Position numbers and translations under genes: made by a program. The notes beneath the pieces are model-generated. The model was not told the DNA's origin. It worked only from the letters and a program-made list of their open reading frames with translations, and ran no database searches. Positions 12,577 to 23,565 of a stretch of DNA of 64,000 bases are shown piece by piece. The DNA is from Daphnia carinata. Its lineage: Eukaryota. The stretch is from the NCBI RefSeq assembly GCF_022539665.2, contig NC_081331.1, positions 2,294,001 to 2,358,000 on the forward strand, in the 5' to 3' direction. Numbering within the stretch: position 1 is the stretch's first letter; each line of letters opens with the position of its first letter.

Positions 12577-13884
12577 AAAAACACTGAGAGTGCATTACCA
12601 TTAAGGTATGAGGTAAAGTAATAGAGTATGCACATTGTCTAATGAGAAGTACCATCTTGTGTTAATAAATCCAGTACAACAGCAATCCTTTATAGTTCTG
12701 TCACAGCTAGAAACCTCAAATAATTCTGCTTCTCTGTCTAAAGAACAACTTGTCCTTTACGTTCAGAGTGTTGGGGAAACTGGGTACTTAAATGGCCTTA
12801 AAGATGTTTTAATTTTGCTGCCATTGCAGAGATGAACATCATACATGGACTCTTTAGGTATGAAAGGATTTTTCTTCAAATAATTTTGAATTTATGACGA
12901 AGAATTTCTCCTCCTTTTTGCCAACCAGGTCTAATCTAAAAAAAAAATTTTATCCAATAGGAAAGGATTTTCATGTACTGGGAACACAACTATCAACAAT
13001 GCAACATTGTACAGGTGCTAGTTTATCATTCAAGCGCCTTATACAATGATGTTAATCTGCAATTTGTATGTCCTTCCCCAAGCTTCCACCAGAAGTTGAA
13101 TCTATGAGTCATGTAAGTTACATGATCAACAGTTGATATGTTTAACGGTGTTGTTTTTCTTTTCTCAATATAGGTTAATAGTAACATTGGATCTGAAAAA
13201 ATTCTTGGTTGGGGCAAGACACTGAATAAATTGTATTGATTGGATGGATGACATGACATTTCTGTACTTGATTCGGATTCCCCAGACGGTATTTGATATT
13301 TAAAAAATTGAAGTGCATATCTGGGCTCCCTTCTTTTCTGAAGCCCCGTTTCCCCTTGACTCGTAATAAGCCCGTAGGGGGTCATGCCCCTACTGTACGG
13401 TATATATAAAAACAACATATACCGAGGTTTGGAGGGCTCTGGCCGGAAAGGGGACGTGGGGTGCCGCTTAGTCCGATGATGTGTTCACGGAGGGCGATGT
13501 GGCTACCCACAAATCCGAACTAAAGGTTAATCGCTCCTGTAAAAATGTTCCAAATCTTCAGCTCTTCTTCCGGCTTCTCTTAGCCAATCACCGGGTAATC
13601 TCCCCGGTGGGTCAACAAGGCAGTGTCTCCCCCTGCCTGGGTTGACGGCAACTTTTGAAAGGGATATTGTGCCTTTTTAAAGTTGCAAAAATAATTGTAA
13701 TGTGCAGAGAATTGTCAATAAATTTTTTTTTTGCAAATTTTGTTTCTTTTACTGTCTGTGTTAGCTGTGTTCACACATAACATTTATCAACTTTTTTTTT
13801 TGCTTTACTTTATTTGTTTTTGTCACCTTTTGATGATAAGCATTGTTTCAATTGGTTAATCGTTTATCATTTATCTGTAAGCAT

Positions 13885-13956
13885 TCAATTATCCAGGTAT
13901 CGAACCTTGGATGTTCAGCATACCGCGCCGATGCTCTACCAATGAGCCATGAGTCA
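13885..13956 (-). pseudogene. Degenerate tRNA-like sequence (Pol III A and B boxes) pointing into the left arm
   Basis: The minus strand reads GACTCA-TGGCTCATTGG-TAGAGCATCGGCGCGGTATGCTGAACATCCAA-GGTTCGATACC. A-box and B-box are at tRNA spacing, but the acceptor stem does not pair well. Confidence 0.6.
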
Positions 13957-14065
13957 TATGATGTTAAGTTGGCTTTTTTCTAGTCACTTGTGGTCTTGCA
14001 TTTACACTTATAATAAAAAGAAATGCAATTCTGCTATATACTCTTCTCTTCTACTTCATTTTTAT

Positions 14066-14135
14066 ACATCTGCTTAGTTTGAACCCAGGGTAACAGATAT
14101 CGCAGCTAAAGGCTCTACCACAGAGCTATGAACCT
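14066..14135 (-). pseudogene. Second degenerate tRNA-like sequence
   Basis: The minus strand reads GGTTCA-TAGCTCTGTGG-TAGAGCCTTTAGCTGCGATATCTGTTACCCTG-GGTTCAAAC. It has a D-arm (GCTC/GAGC) and a B-box-like motif; the anticodon arm is degenerate. Confidence 0.5.
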
Positions 14136-14231
14136 AATGAAAGCAATAGAAAGATAAATATATACTTGTGAAAGACTGCATAAACATCCTAGACGATACC
14201 ATATGATATGCGATAATAAAATATTTAGATA

Positions 14232-14303
14232 TATCTCATGGCTCAATGTTAGAGCATCGGCGTTGCATGCTGAATGTCTGGGGATCGGTTCCCATACGAG
14301 TAA
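14232..14303 (+). pseudogene. Degenerate tRNA-like sequence (possibly tRNA-Ala derived) pointing into the right arm
   Basis: Reads CTCA-TGGCTCAATGT-TAGAGCATCGGCG-TTGCAT-GCTGAATGTCTG-GGGATCGGTTCCC. The anticodon-like loop contains TGC. It is the inverted homologue of 13885-13956, with degenerate A and B boxes. Confidence 0.55.
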
Positions 14304-15699
14304 AACCAAATACAAAATTTAATTACTTCAAAAAAGATCCAGATATTATACGTTGTTCCTTGAATCTGATTTGAAGAATTCAAAGACTGTAATAAATAAT
14401 AATAGAATGATTACAGATAAACGATAAACCAATGGAAACAATGCTTACCATCAAATGTGACAAAAACAAATAAAGTAAAGCAAAAAAAAAAAGTTGATAA
14501 ATGTTATGTGTGAACACAGCTAACACAGACAATGAAAGAAAGAAAATTTTGCAAAAAATATTTTATAAAAAATTTTTTATTGAGAATTCTCTGCACATTA
14601 CAATTATTTTTGCAACTTTAAAAAGGCACAATAGCCCTTTCAAAAGTTGCCGTCAACCCAGACAGGGGGAGACACTGCCTTGTTGACCCACCGGGGAGAT
14701 TACCCGGTGATTGGCTAAGAGAAGCCGGAAGAAGAGCTGAAGATTTGGAACATTTTTACAGGAGCGATTAACCTTTAGTTCGGATTTGTGAGTAGCCACG
14801 TCGCCCTCCGTGAACACATCATCGGACTAAGCGGACCCCCACGTCCCCTTTCCGGCCAGAGCCCTCCAAACCTCGGTATATGTTGTTTTTATATATACCG
14901 TACAGTAAGGGCATGACCCCCTACGGGCTTATTACGAGTCAAGGGGAAACGGGGCTACGGAAAGGAAGGGAGCCCAGATATGCACTTCAATTTTTTAAAT
15001 ATAAAATACCGTCTCGGGAATCCAAATTAAGTATAGAAATGTCATGTCATCCATTCAATCATTACAATTTATTCAGTGTCTTGCCCCAACCAAGAATCTT
15101 TTCAGATCCAATGTTACTATTAACCTATGCTGTGAAAAGAAAAACAACACCATTAAGCATCTCAATTGTTGCTCATGTGACTTACATGACTTATAGATTC
15201 AACTTCTGGCAGAAGCTTGGGAAAGGCCATACAAATTGCAGATGAAAATCATTGTATAAGGCTCTTGAATGATAAAATAGCACCCCTAGAATGTTGCATT
15301 GTTGATAGTTGTGTTCCCAGTATGCTGAAAATCCTTTCCTATTGGATAATTTTTTTTTTTAGATTAGACATGGTTGGCAAAAAGCAGGAGAAATGCTTTG
15401 TCATAAATTCAAAAAATTTTCAAGAAAATTCCTTTCATACCTAAAAAGTCCACATATGATGTTCATCGCTGCAATGCCAATGAAATGAAACATCTTTAGG
15501 GCCATTTAAGTACCCAGCTTCACCAACACTCTGAACGTAAAGGACAAGTTGTTCTTTAGCAAGAGAAGCAGAATTATTTGAGGCTTCTAGCTGTGACAGA
15601 ACTATAAAGGATTGCTGTCACACAGGATTCATTCCCACAAGATGGTACTTCTCATTAGACAATTTGCATACTCTATTACTTTACCTCATACCTTAACGG

Positions 15700-16459
15700 T
15701 AATGCACTTTCAGTGTTTTTCAACTGTAGGCTCACTCTTCCATCCTGTAACACTTCCAGACTTGACTTGATCCCCCACTAAAATTCTGTGAATGCAAAAT
15801 AATAGCATTAAAAATACTTTTTCGATAGACAAAAAACCGAAAAGTACCTAATTCATGTTTTATGTTGAACTCATGCTATTTCTGGGTTTCCATACCACAC
15901 CCATTTTCAGCCCAAATACGGTCCCACAATTGTTCACTTCCTTTGATGCATGGACTTATTACTAACAATTCTTTTAGTGCAGCACTAACAGAATTTAAAT
16001 TTAACACACTGTCAGGTGGTTGACTGAATAACTAAACAATAAATAATTGTTTGTTAAAATTCTATACTTATTTTGAATTCTTATTTGAAAAGTTTAGGTA
16101 CCTGACTGTGTTCGCCTAATGCCAACTCATCCTCACGTTCAGTTAGAAAAGAGTTTTGAAAAACCTCCTTCACTGTTTGGAAACTGTTCCGTTCCAATTT
16201 TTTCTTTTCCCCTAGCTGAGCTTGTAGACTCAAAATTTGAGCTACAAAACACAAATGAATAAAGCAAATAAATAGAATCATTACGTATTAGGCCTTACCA
16301 TCCTTAGCTTTGCTGTTATCTAATATTTTGTGTTGTTCCAAACTTCCAATAATTGGGCCTGCAGCTTCATAATTTGATCTAATAAACAATAATTAATAAT
16401 TGAAAACCAATATAATAATGTTTATACTTACCATCCTTTTGTTGTATTATCTTATCCAT
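15700..16459 (-). pseudogene. Disrupted mirror copy of the 11845-12576 spliced gene
   Basis: Same exon and intron layout (ATG at 16459, first donor GTAAGT). An 8-nt insertion in exon 2 (about 16340) shifts the frame to an early TAG. A TGG to TAG change occurs in exon 4 (about 15877). The lower coordinate is approximate. Confidence 0.55.
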
Positions 16460-16649
16460 TTTTCAATTGTTCCTCCAGCCACGAGTTATTCTCCATCCAC
16501 GCTACTGAACTAACTGCGAATGGCATCCAATGGACTGAAATTGCCTACGCCAGTAATAACGAGTCTGAGCGGTAGATGGCAACGTGTCAGAAAAAAAGAA
16601 AAAAGTGTTTTTTTTTTTTTTTTTTTATGTAAAACGGATTGCCATATAC

Positions 16650-16876
16650 ATCTTGTGATATTCAACCAATTCCGATGATTGTCAGTTTTGGCCGAAAAAA
16701 ATTTTAAGCCCGATTAAATAAGTCCAAGCGATAGTACGCTACAGCGCTAGCGTTATGTGGCGGAAATATTCGGTAAGTGTATGTAGAGAATTAACTAGAA
16801 AGTGACCGGTAGATGGCGATAGCAGTAAAACAGAAAAAAAACAATATTTATTTTTTTGGGGGTAAAACGGTTCGCC
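16650..16876. mobile_element. Right-hand remainder of the older repeat interrupted by the 5-kb palindrome
   Basis: Direct similarity to 9710-9922 (TGATATTCAACCAATTCCGAT...AGAATTAACTAGAAA.TGACCGGTAGATGGCGATAGCA...GGGGTAAAACGGTTCGCC|ATA). Confidence 0.75.
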
Positions 16877-17221
16877 ATAATCATACGGTATTTGTTGTAG
16901 TTTTGTTGTTCATCGAATAAAATGAGAAAACTTCAGCTTTTTGGGATGTGATTATGTAAAAAAATCGGAGCCAGGTTAATTGTTCGCTCTACTGATTTTT
17001 GACGTAATCTTTTCTTTACCTTGTCCATATCTTATCTGACAGGAAACAAGATAGAACCTTTGGCAAAATAAGAAGGCAATTCTTCGATTCAGTATGTCCA
17101 TGGTTTCTTCACCTGGATGAAATTATCGTTGTTATGTGGTAAGATGGATTAATAAATATTTTCCAAAATTCAAAATTATGGCTTTTTGTCCCAATATTAT
17201 CAGGTACTCATTGTTGTAAAG

Positions 17222-18046
17222 ATGGCCCCTGTTATTAGTAAGAGAATTGGACTGATGAGATATGGTGTGATGCTCTTTAGCCTGGCTTATCTTTGCCTTT
17301 CAATTGCCACAGCCATCTACATACTGACATTGAAGAGGAGTATTGTAGTAACCATCATAGCTATCTACTGCTACGTCCAAGTTTGTGCCAACTGGCGAGC
17401 CATGTTTGCCAATTCGAACAAGGACTATGGAATACAAGTAGAAGAAGGTCTGGAGCAAAATATTCATAACTTCTGTTCTGAATGCAACATCTACAAAAAC
17501 AAAAAATCCCACCATTGTCCTTTGTGTGAGTGCTGTGTCCTGCGGCACGATCACCACTGTTTCTTCCTGGGGACATGTATCGGACTGAACAATCAACGCT
17601 ACTTTGTCATTTTGTGTCTGTACACAGGCGTCGGTTCTCTTTACTTATCCCTTCAGATATTTCTCGCGTCTGATTGGGTCTTTAACCGATGGTTTAATTA
17701 TTTGGAGTTGTTTATGCCATTCGGTTACGCCTTTTCCTTGGCCAGAACAACAACCCTTTCAGGTGCATATTTGGTGATTGTGTACAATTTGTCGGCGACC
17801 ATTGGCATGTTCTGTATGTATATGTTTGGCCTCCAAGTTCATCTTTTGTCTCAGAGCGTCACGTGGCACGAGTTTAACTCGAAAACTCACGTTTCTAAGA
17901 ATCAGCAAATACTTACGACGTGGTCCAACTTCACGACCAATTTTGGCCACGGTTTGCTCCATTTCATCGTCCCAGTAATGTCCGGATTCCTACCTTCTAG
18001 TAAAGGTAAATTTCCTCGTACCAAGTCTGATGAAAGAGTTTATTAA
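17222..18046 (+). CDS. DHHC-type palmitoyltransferase (zDHHC family), single coding exon
   Basis: Cys-rich domain CSECNIYKNKKSHHCPLCECCVLRHDHHCFFLGTCIGLNNQRYF, flanked by hydrophobic transmembrane segments. First ATG is at 17222, after a probable 5'UTR intron (GTAAG at about 17139 to ATCAG at about 17203). Confidence 0.93.
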   Translation: MAPVISKRIGLMRYGVMLFSLAYLCLSIATAIYILTLKRSIVVTIIAIYCYVQVCANWRAMFANSNKDYGIQVEEGLEQNIHNFCSECNIYKNKKSHHCPLCECCVLRHDHHCFFLGTCIGLNNQRYFVILCLYTGVGSLYLSLQIFLASDWVFNRWFNYLELFMPFGYAFSLARTTTLSGAYLVIVYNLSATIGMFCMYMFGLQVHLLSQSVTWHEFNSKTHVSKNQQILTTWSNFTTNFGHGLLHFIVPVMSGFLPSSKGKFPRTKSDERVY

Positions 18047-18113
18047 AGCGCATCAAATAAAACGGAACAACTTTATAATAGAATGATCTTGAATATAAAA
18101 GACATACGTTTTG

Positions 18114-21100
18114 CTATGCCTCCAACGTTTTGATGAATTCTTCTTCGTTGAGCTTGCTTGTTGGTGGCGGCGGGCGCGAAGATAACATGGGTTGAAGCTC
18201 TTTATTGTTGGCTGAGGCGACCATTCCATTGTCGCCGACTTTCTCGTCGTCGTCTTCCGCGTATAGATCGAGATCACGGACGGCGAAACAGGTGAAAAAA
18301 TCGAACACTACACCGATTGTAACTACGCCTATTTGCAATTGCATTTTGTGAAGAACAACTAGTTAAACTCTAATTTCATGTAAACGGTAATTGAAACTTA
18401 CTGGCCGTAAGGATATGTAAGTACAATCGCATCTTTTCCTGGTCGTAAATCCAACAATTACCCCGCATACCGCAACTGTCGGTTCTCCATAGAATGCACG
18501 CCTGATCTGAGAAACCCCAAAAAGCCAAAAAATTTATCGAGTTCTAAAATTGTGTGGTAGTACTTCAAGGGTGATTGGTTCACTAATTACCAACTACAGC
18601 TCCGTAGACAATTGGGGCAGGAATGAAAGCAAATAAGCTGGTTAACAGATAGCCTAGGCCGATGGCGAAAGACTTGTCTTCTTCCGGGACGCATCTACGA
18701 GAACGGAAGTGAATAAAAAAAATTAGAAAAGAGATAAAGGAGAATTAACGTGAATGACCAACTACCGGAAAGTAATGAGTATGTTGCTGACCCGACCCAT
18801 TGAGCTCAAAAACTTGATGAAACCCATGACGGTAATATAAATGAGGAACATTTGAAAGCAGTTGGAAGGGCAATAGCCACCGATGGCTCGGCCATTATAC
18901 CACGAACCAGAATCTGTCATAGAAGTTGAATTCTTCCATTCTTTAATACAACTGCAGTCGGAGAAAATCTAATTGTTACAAGAGATAAAACATGATTGAC
19001 TTCAAGTTCAATGTTTTTTTTTAAAATTTCCATTACTGTCTGATCGCCCGTGTGGTTCATTGTGGTACAGCCAGCGTGACATGCTGAGAAAAAATTGACT
19101 GTGCCATCCTCGGAGCAGGCCGGAGCGAAACGATTGGCCTGACAATTACAATCCTCGCTGCACGGTGTAACCGGAATGCCCAACCTACAATCCGAAGGAA
19201 ATTTCAGTTTTTGCGACGGTTTCACAAGATCATAATTCAATTACATGGCACCATCTCCATTTTCTGCATTTTCAAGACCATGTATAGGTTTTGCGTTGCA
19301 TCCTACGAATGCAAATGTAACTAGAAGAGCGACCCAAAGAATTCCAATGATGACATCCCAAACTTGGAGTTTCCAAGCGGCAAATTTAAACCGTGAAACA
19401 AGGTAGCCTGCTAGTAACAAACCAGTGGACATGAACATGACAGCAGTAAGTCCTATAATGAAAAAAAGATGTCAATTTTTATTTTTAAGTTTCTGGTGAG
19501 GGAAACGTGAGACTTTGGAGTGTACCGTTTACGAGGCCTGAGACAGATGCTGACTGTTGAAAATGTGTCTCCATGTACTTGGGTAAAAAGGTAAGGTATC
19601 CGCTCAATGCGAAGACAAAGAAGACACCGGCGCAGTTGTTGAGCATGAGAATCTTATTTGTCAGCAATCGACGCAACGCAGCTGGGAACTCTAAAATTGA
19701 AAAAAAAAATTCAGTTGTTCCGCTAAATAAATGAAACCAGATTTAAATGTACTTTTGAATGTTCGCGCTTCGGGTCTTTTCGTTTGTGAGTGTTGCCGAA
19801 GTGAGTCAATCGTGCCGAAACCTTGGCCGGTGGTGGATTTTTTCGCTAGACGTCGCGGATAGCATGCCAATAACCAGAAGGCAGAAACTTGAATAATGCC
19901 GATCACCATAAAGCCTTCATTCAAAACAGAAGGGATTGCGTCAGTCATCAATATGCAAAAGATAATTTGCAAAAGTAAAAAAATTCACCAAGCCACCAAG
20001 CTCCAATCCAACTAGGATCTCTAGGCTTGAGTGTCGTTGTTTCGCTAAGGTTGACATACATCCGTATGCAGATGGCGGCGAGACCATATCCAAAGACGGG
20101 ACCAATCAACCGAAGTGCCGACATAAGTCCTATAAAACCATTTTTAGAGGTTATTACTCAGTTCAATTTTTAGTCGAAATATAAAACTACAATATACCGA
20201 TGAGCATGGGAGTCTGCTTCCGTTTGACGTTGTCGTCAAGATAAGTAATGCCGAGAATGGAGAAGAGGGTCGTTCCAATACCGGAAACAAATTGTGACAT
20301 GAAAATGTAGACCATTGGACCTGTTCAGAAAAATGCCAATAAGAAATAGTCCAATTGTGAATGGGTACATTTTAAATTTACCGATTGGTGCTGTGTCATC
20401 GCAGCTATCTTCCGGGTTCATGGTGGGCATTACTGATTCGGGGGATGTAGAACATACGTCCAAACTTCTCGTCACTATTAACAATTGACAGCCGGTAAAC
20501 AAAGAGAGGGGAAGGAGAGGAAATCAATAAATGAGTTCAAACATAATTTCTTGTACAGTTATGTAATCACTAATCACTAGTTTTTTAACTTTGACCCGTC
20601 AATTCTAATGATACAGCGTTTTTGAAGCTATACTACCGTTCGTGATTGCTGTTGCTTGGCCGTAAATAAAATGCGGGGCGGCTACGAGTAGTGAAGCGGC
20701 GCCGGAGAACAGGACTCCGAGTGCAGCAAGTCGAGGCCTGTGTCCATGTCCGCCAAAGTAAGTCATCACGAGCGAGAGCAAGATCTGACTCACTTCATTA
20801 CCCGCCAGCAAAATACCTTTAAGAAGTCACGAATAGAAAAATGATATTAAAAAAACCCTCCCGGAAATTGCCAAATAAAACGTTTCTTACATAAAAACAA
20901 TCTGCCAAATAAAAACATTTCTTACCCGTCGTTTGACTCTTGAGTTTGAATTGTTTCTCGAGAGTCGTTAAAGTAGCAATAGAATAACTAACAAACATGG
21001 CCTGGAAAATGCCCAAGAAGCTGTAGGTCAACAGGTAAGATTTCTTCGTAGCGAACCTCTGCAGCCATTCGCCTTGAAACGGACCAAGCCCACACCAAGT

Positions 21101-21145
21101 ATCTTCGTCATCCTCTTCCAATTTGCTTTTCTTGACTTTGCCCAT
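18114..21145 (-). CDS. Organic anion transporting polypeptide (OATP/SLCO family), multi-exon
   Basis: Exon peptides include DTWCGLGPFQGEWLQRFA, TTLEKQFKLKS, YFGGHGHRPR, the OATP signature DPSWIGAWWLG (about 19990-20020), a Kazal-like loop CSEDCNCQANRFAPACSEDGTVNFFSACHAGC, FIPAPIVYG and CGMRGNCWIYD. Short GT-AG introns; ATG at 21145, stop at 18114. Confidence 0.93.
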
Positions 21146-23565
21146 GCTGGTCGTGGGCTTTTGATGACTAGAAAATGGCAGGCCTAGCGTGTGAGTCGAT
21201 GCAGAACTTGACTAGAGAACTAAAACAAGCCAACTGACATAAATCTACACAAGTATTGGTCGAATTCGATTGGACTGTTGAGAGCGAAGGCCTAAGTACC
21301 ATATCTCAATAGCATATCAGCGTAGTGCTGGCCATCGGTTAGGCTCTACTTCATGATGCCGTCCAAAATAGATTAGATGACTTATCGCTTCTCCATCAAC
21401 GTGGTATAACAACCTATCGAGCACGGATGCGCACATTGATAAATTTCATCTCGTGGGACATTCAGACACCATCTGCGTCGCCATCCCAATGACTTCTGTG
21501 GCCAACACAAAAGCGACCGTGATATTGTTGCCGGGTCAGTCGCGAGAGCTGATAACCTTATCCTAAACAACTACATTCCAAATGAACGATAAACTCTAAC
21601 AACCACTGCAGGAAAGATAAAAGTGATGAAACAGATGGGCGAATAAAAGAAACAAATCGTAAGCTGTTTGGATTGTAGTCTTTGAGACAGGATTAAACCC
21701 GTTACATCACTGCTGATAACGACAGATCATAGCGATAAGGGCTGCGAAAATTACGTAGAAGCTGCGAGTTCATCATGACTTGAGAAAACGCTGGACATCC
21801 TACTAGCCTCATTCAGTTTTGAAACGTTGGCAAACCGCAACTGGTCAAGTGGGTGCAGTTAAAATAGAAAAAAATACACAAATAGGAGAAGTGTTTAATG
21901 AATTTAGACATTAGAACGTCGTTCATTCATTAAGAAAAAGGATGGGAAATATAACGAATAGTCCCTTATCATTTGTCAGGGAGGAACATCTGTTAGCAAG
22001 GCTGTAAACACGGACAAAATAAGGGCGTGAAGAAATAAGACGGCATCTTCTTAACACTCCCTCCGCTATACGGGCATTAAACACCCCAGTGTTCAAATTT
22101 GCCGCTAGTCTGTCATTTTACCCCTGTGATTTCTTCCGTCGCAAAAAAAGAAGATCTAAAGAAAGCAAGTGTACCGTTCATTCTCATTAATTCAAATCAC
22201 TCGTGCGCTTCGGCAGACGGAACGCGGAAGGGAAATAAAAAAAGAACAGCACATGCACGTTGGTACTATTCATGTTTGTTTCCACTTAAAACAGATTGGC
22301 TAGTTCTTTTTTCTCTCCTTTAAATAAACCAGATTTATAACAACAAAAGAAATAAGAAAAAACCACAACATGCCACGTTTTTGAGTCAACCGTTTTGACC
22401 ATTCCATTAATGTGGTGTCCAAAAGAACGAGCAGCAAGAACGTCAGACACGAAACGTACTTTTATTGTCATCAATCTTTCGATTTTAAACGAACATTTTT
22501 ACGCTCGTGTGAGAAAAGCTATTGCCTTGCGGTTAACTCGAAGACTCGGCATAGAGGTTTTGATTGTTTCACGCGGGACGCGATTTGTTTTGGTCAGAAC
22601 GGCAGTGACACTTGGCCGACTTGGCTGTTTTGAACAAACAAACACGAACAGACGAGACGTGGGTAGCGCTGATAACACGTGTTTAGTCGAAACGATAAAC
22701 GGGGACAACAACACGTCTCACGCTCCGTTATAATTGTAAAAATGAACAGACTGTCTACTACTATAACATAAACCAACTGCTTGTCCGCTATTTGACCTAA
22801 TGGCATTGTACCTCAGGGCGTCCTTTCAACAGAAGCACGTTAAGAAAATTACACGTGAGCATCTTTCGGCTACGTGAGGCGAAAGGAATTTTCCAAGTCA
22901 CCAGTCATGTTGAATTCCCGTCTTCCCCACGGCGGATATTAAATAAAAGAAAGAATGTTATACAATCCAAATAGAAACCCATTGTTCTAATCTGTGTGCC
23001 GCAACTGCGGCAAACAATCGGCCATCGTGATAAACGAATCCACTGAACCCTAGAATTCGATTAATGCAGCGGGGAAAAAAAAAAAAAAATAGAACCCTAC
23101 ACAGCAATACAAGCCAGATGCAGGACGAATCGGCAACGTCCCAGAATAGTAATTTTACCAACATGTCAAGTAGCTACTACGCGACATCACGGTACTGTGT
23201 GCTAACTGGCTATAAACGTGAAGAAAGAAAGAAATAAAATGAGAAGACACATGGGGCTGGAGTAGATGGTCGGTTTAAACCGTAGGTAACAGTACCGTTG
23301 TGCTCTGCTAGTCGCCCGTATGTGCATAGCGGAACATCGAATAATATTATCCGCCGTAAAAGAAAAAAAATAAGAAGCAAGCGTTGGTCGACGTCAAACT
23401 TCAGTTGTTTCTTTGAATCCGAGCTGATCGCTCCACAAGAAAAGACGATGGGTCTAGGATCCGCTTGAAGAATTTCAACTACGAATAACGAGTCGTTTTG
23501 TGTGGAATTAAATTAGACGTTTTAAAAGATACAAAAAAAAGGGAATCGTGTTTTGAGTTAAGTGA

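Larger units (their letters stand above)
11633..16643. mobile_element. 5.0-kb foldback/palindromic non-autonomous DNA transposon with about 2.26-kb inverted arms; termini resemble ISL2EU (PIF/Harbinger-related) elements
   Basis: The left end AT|GGCAATCCGTTTTACATAAAA (11633) is the exact reverse complement of the right end TTTTATGTAAAACGGATTGCC|AT (16643). Arms at about 11633-13892 and 14398-16643 are colinear reverse complements. Mirror ORFs 13026..13418(-) and 14880..15245(+) confirm this. No transposase motif is seen. The superfamily call rests only on the GGC termini and AT flanks. Confidence 0.85.

Noticed and set aside
13026..13418. 130-aa ORF (-) and its 121-aa mirror at 14880..15245 (+) as protein genes
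   Set aside because: Their similarity follows from the inverted repeat. No domain is recognisable, and splice signals in the arm favour the opposite strand.
13885..14303. Functional tRNA genes
   Set aside because: Acceptor and anticodon stems pair poorly and some conserved positions are altered, so they are reported only as tRNA-like remnants.
11633..16643. Assembly or read-foldback artefact as the cause of the palindrome
   Set aside because: The arms differ by many substitutions and indels, enclose a unique spacer and end at defined transposon-like termini. Long reads would still be the decisive test.
9404..16876. Autonomous transposon with a transposase
   Set aside because: No long ORF and no DDE, reverse transcriptase or Rep/helicase motif is visible on either strand.
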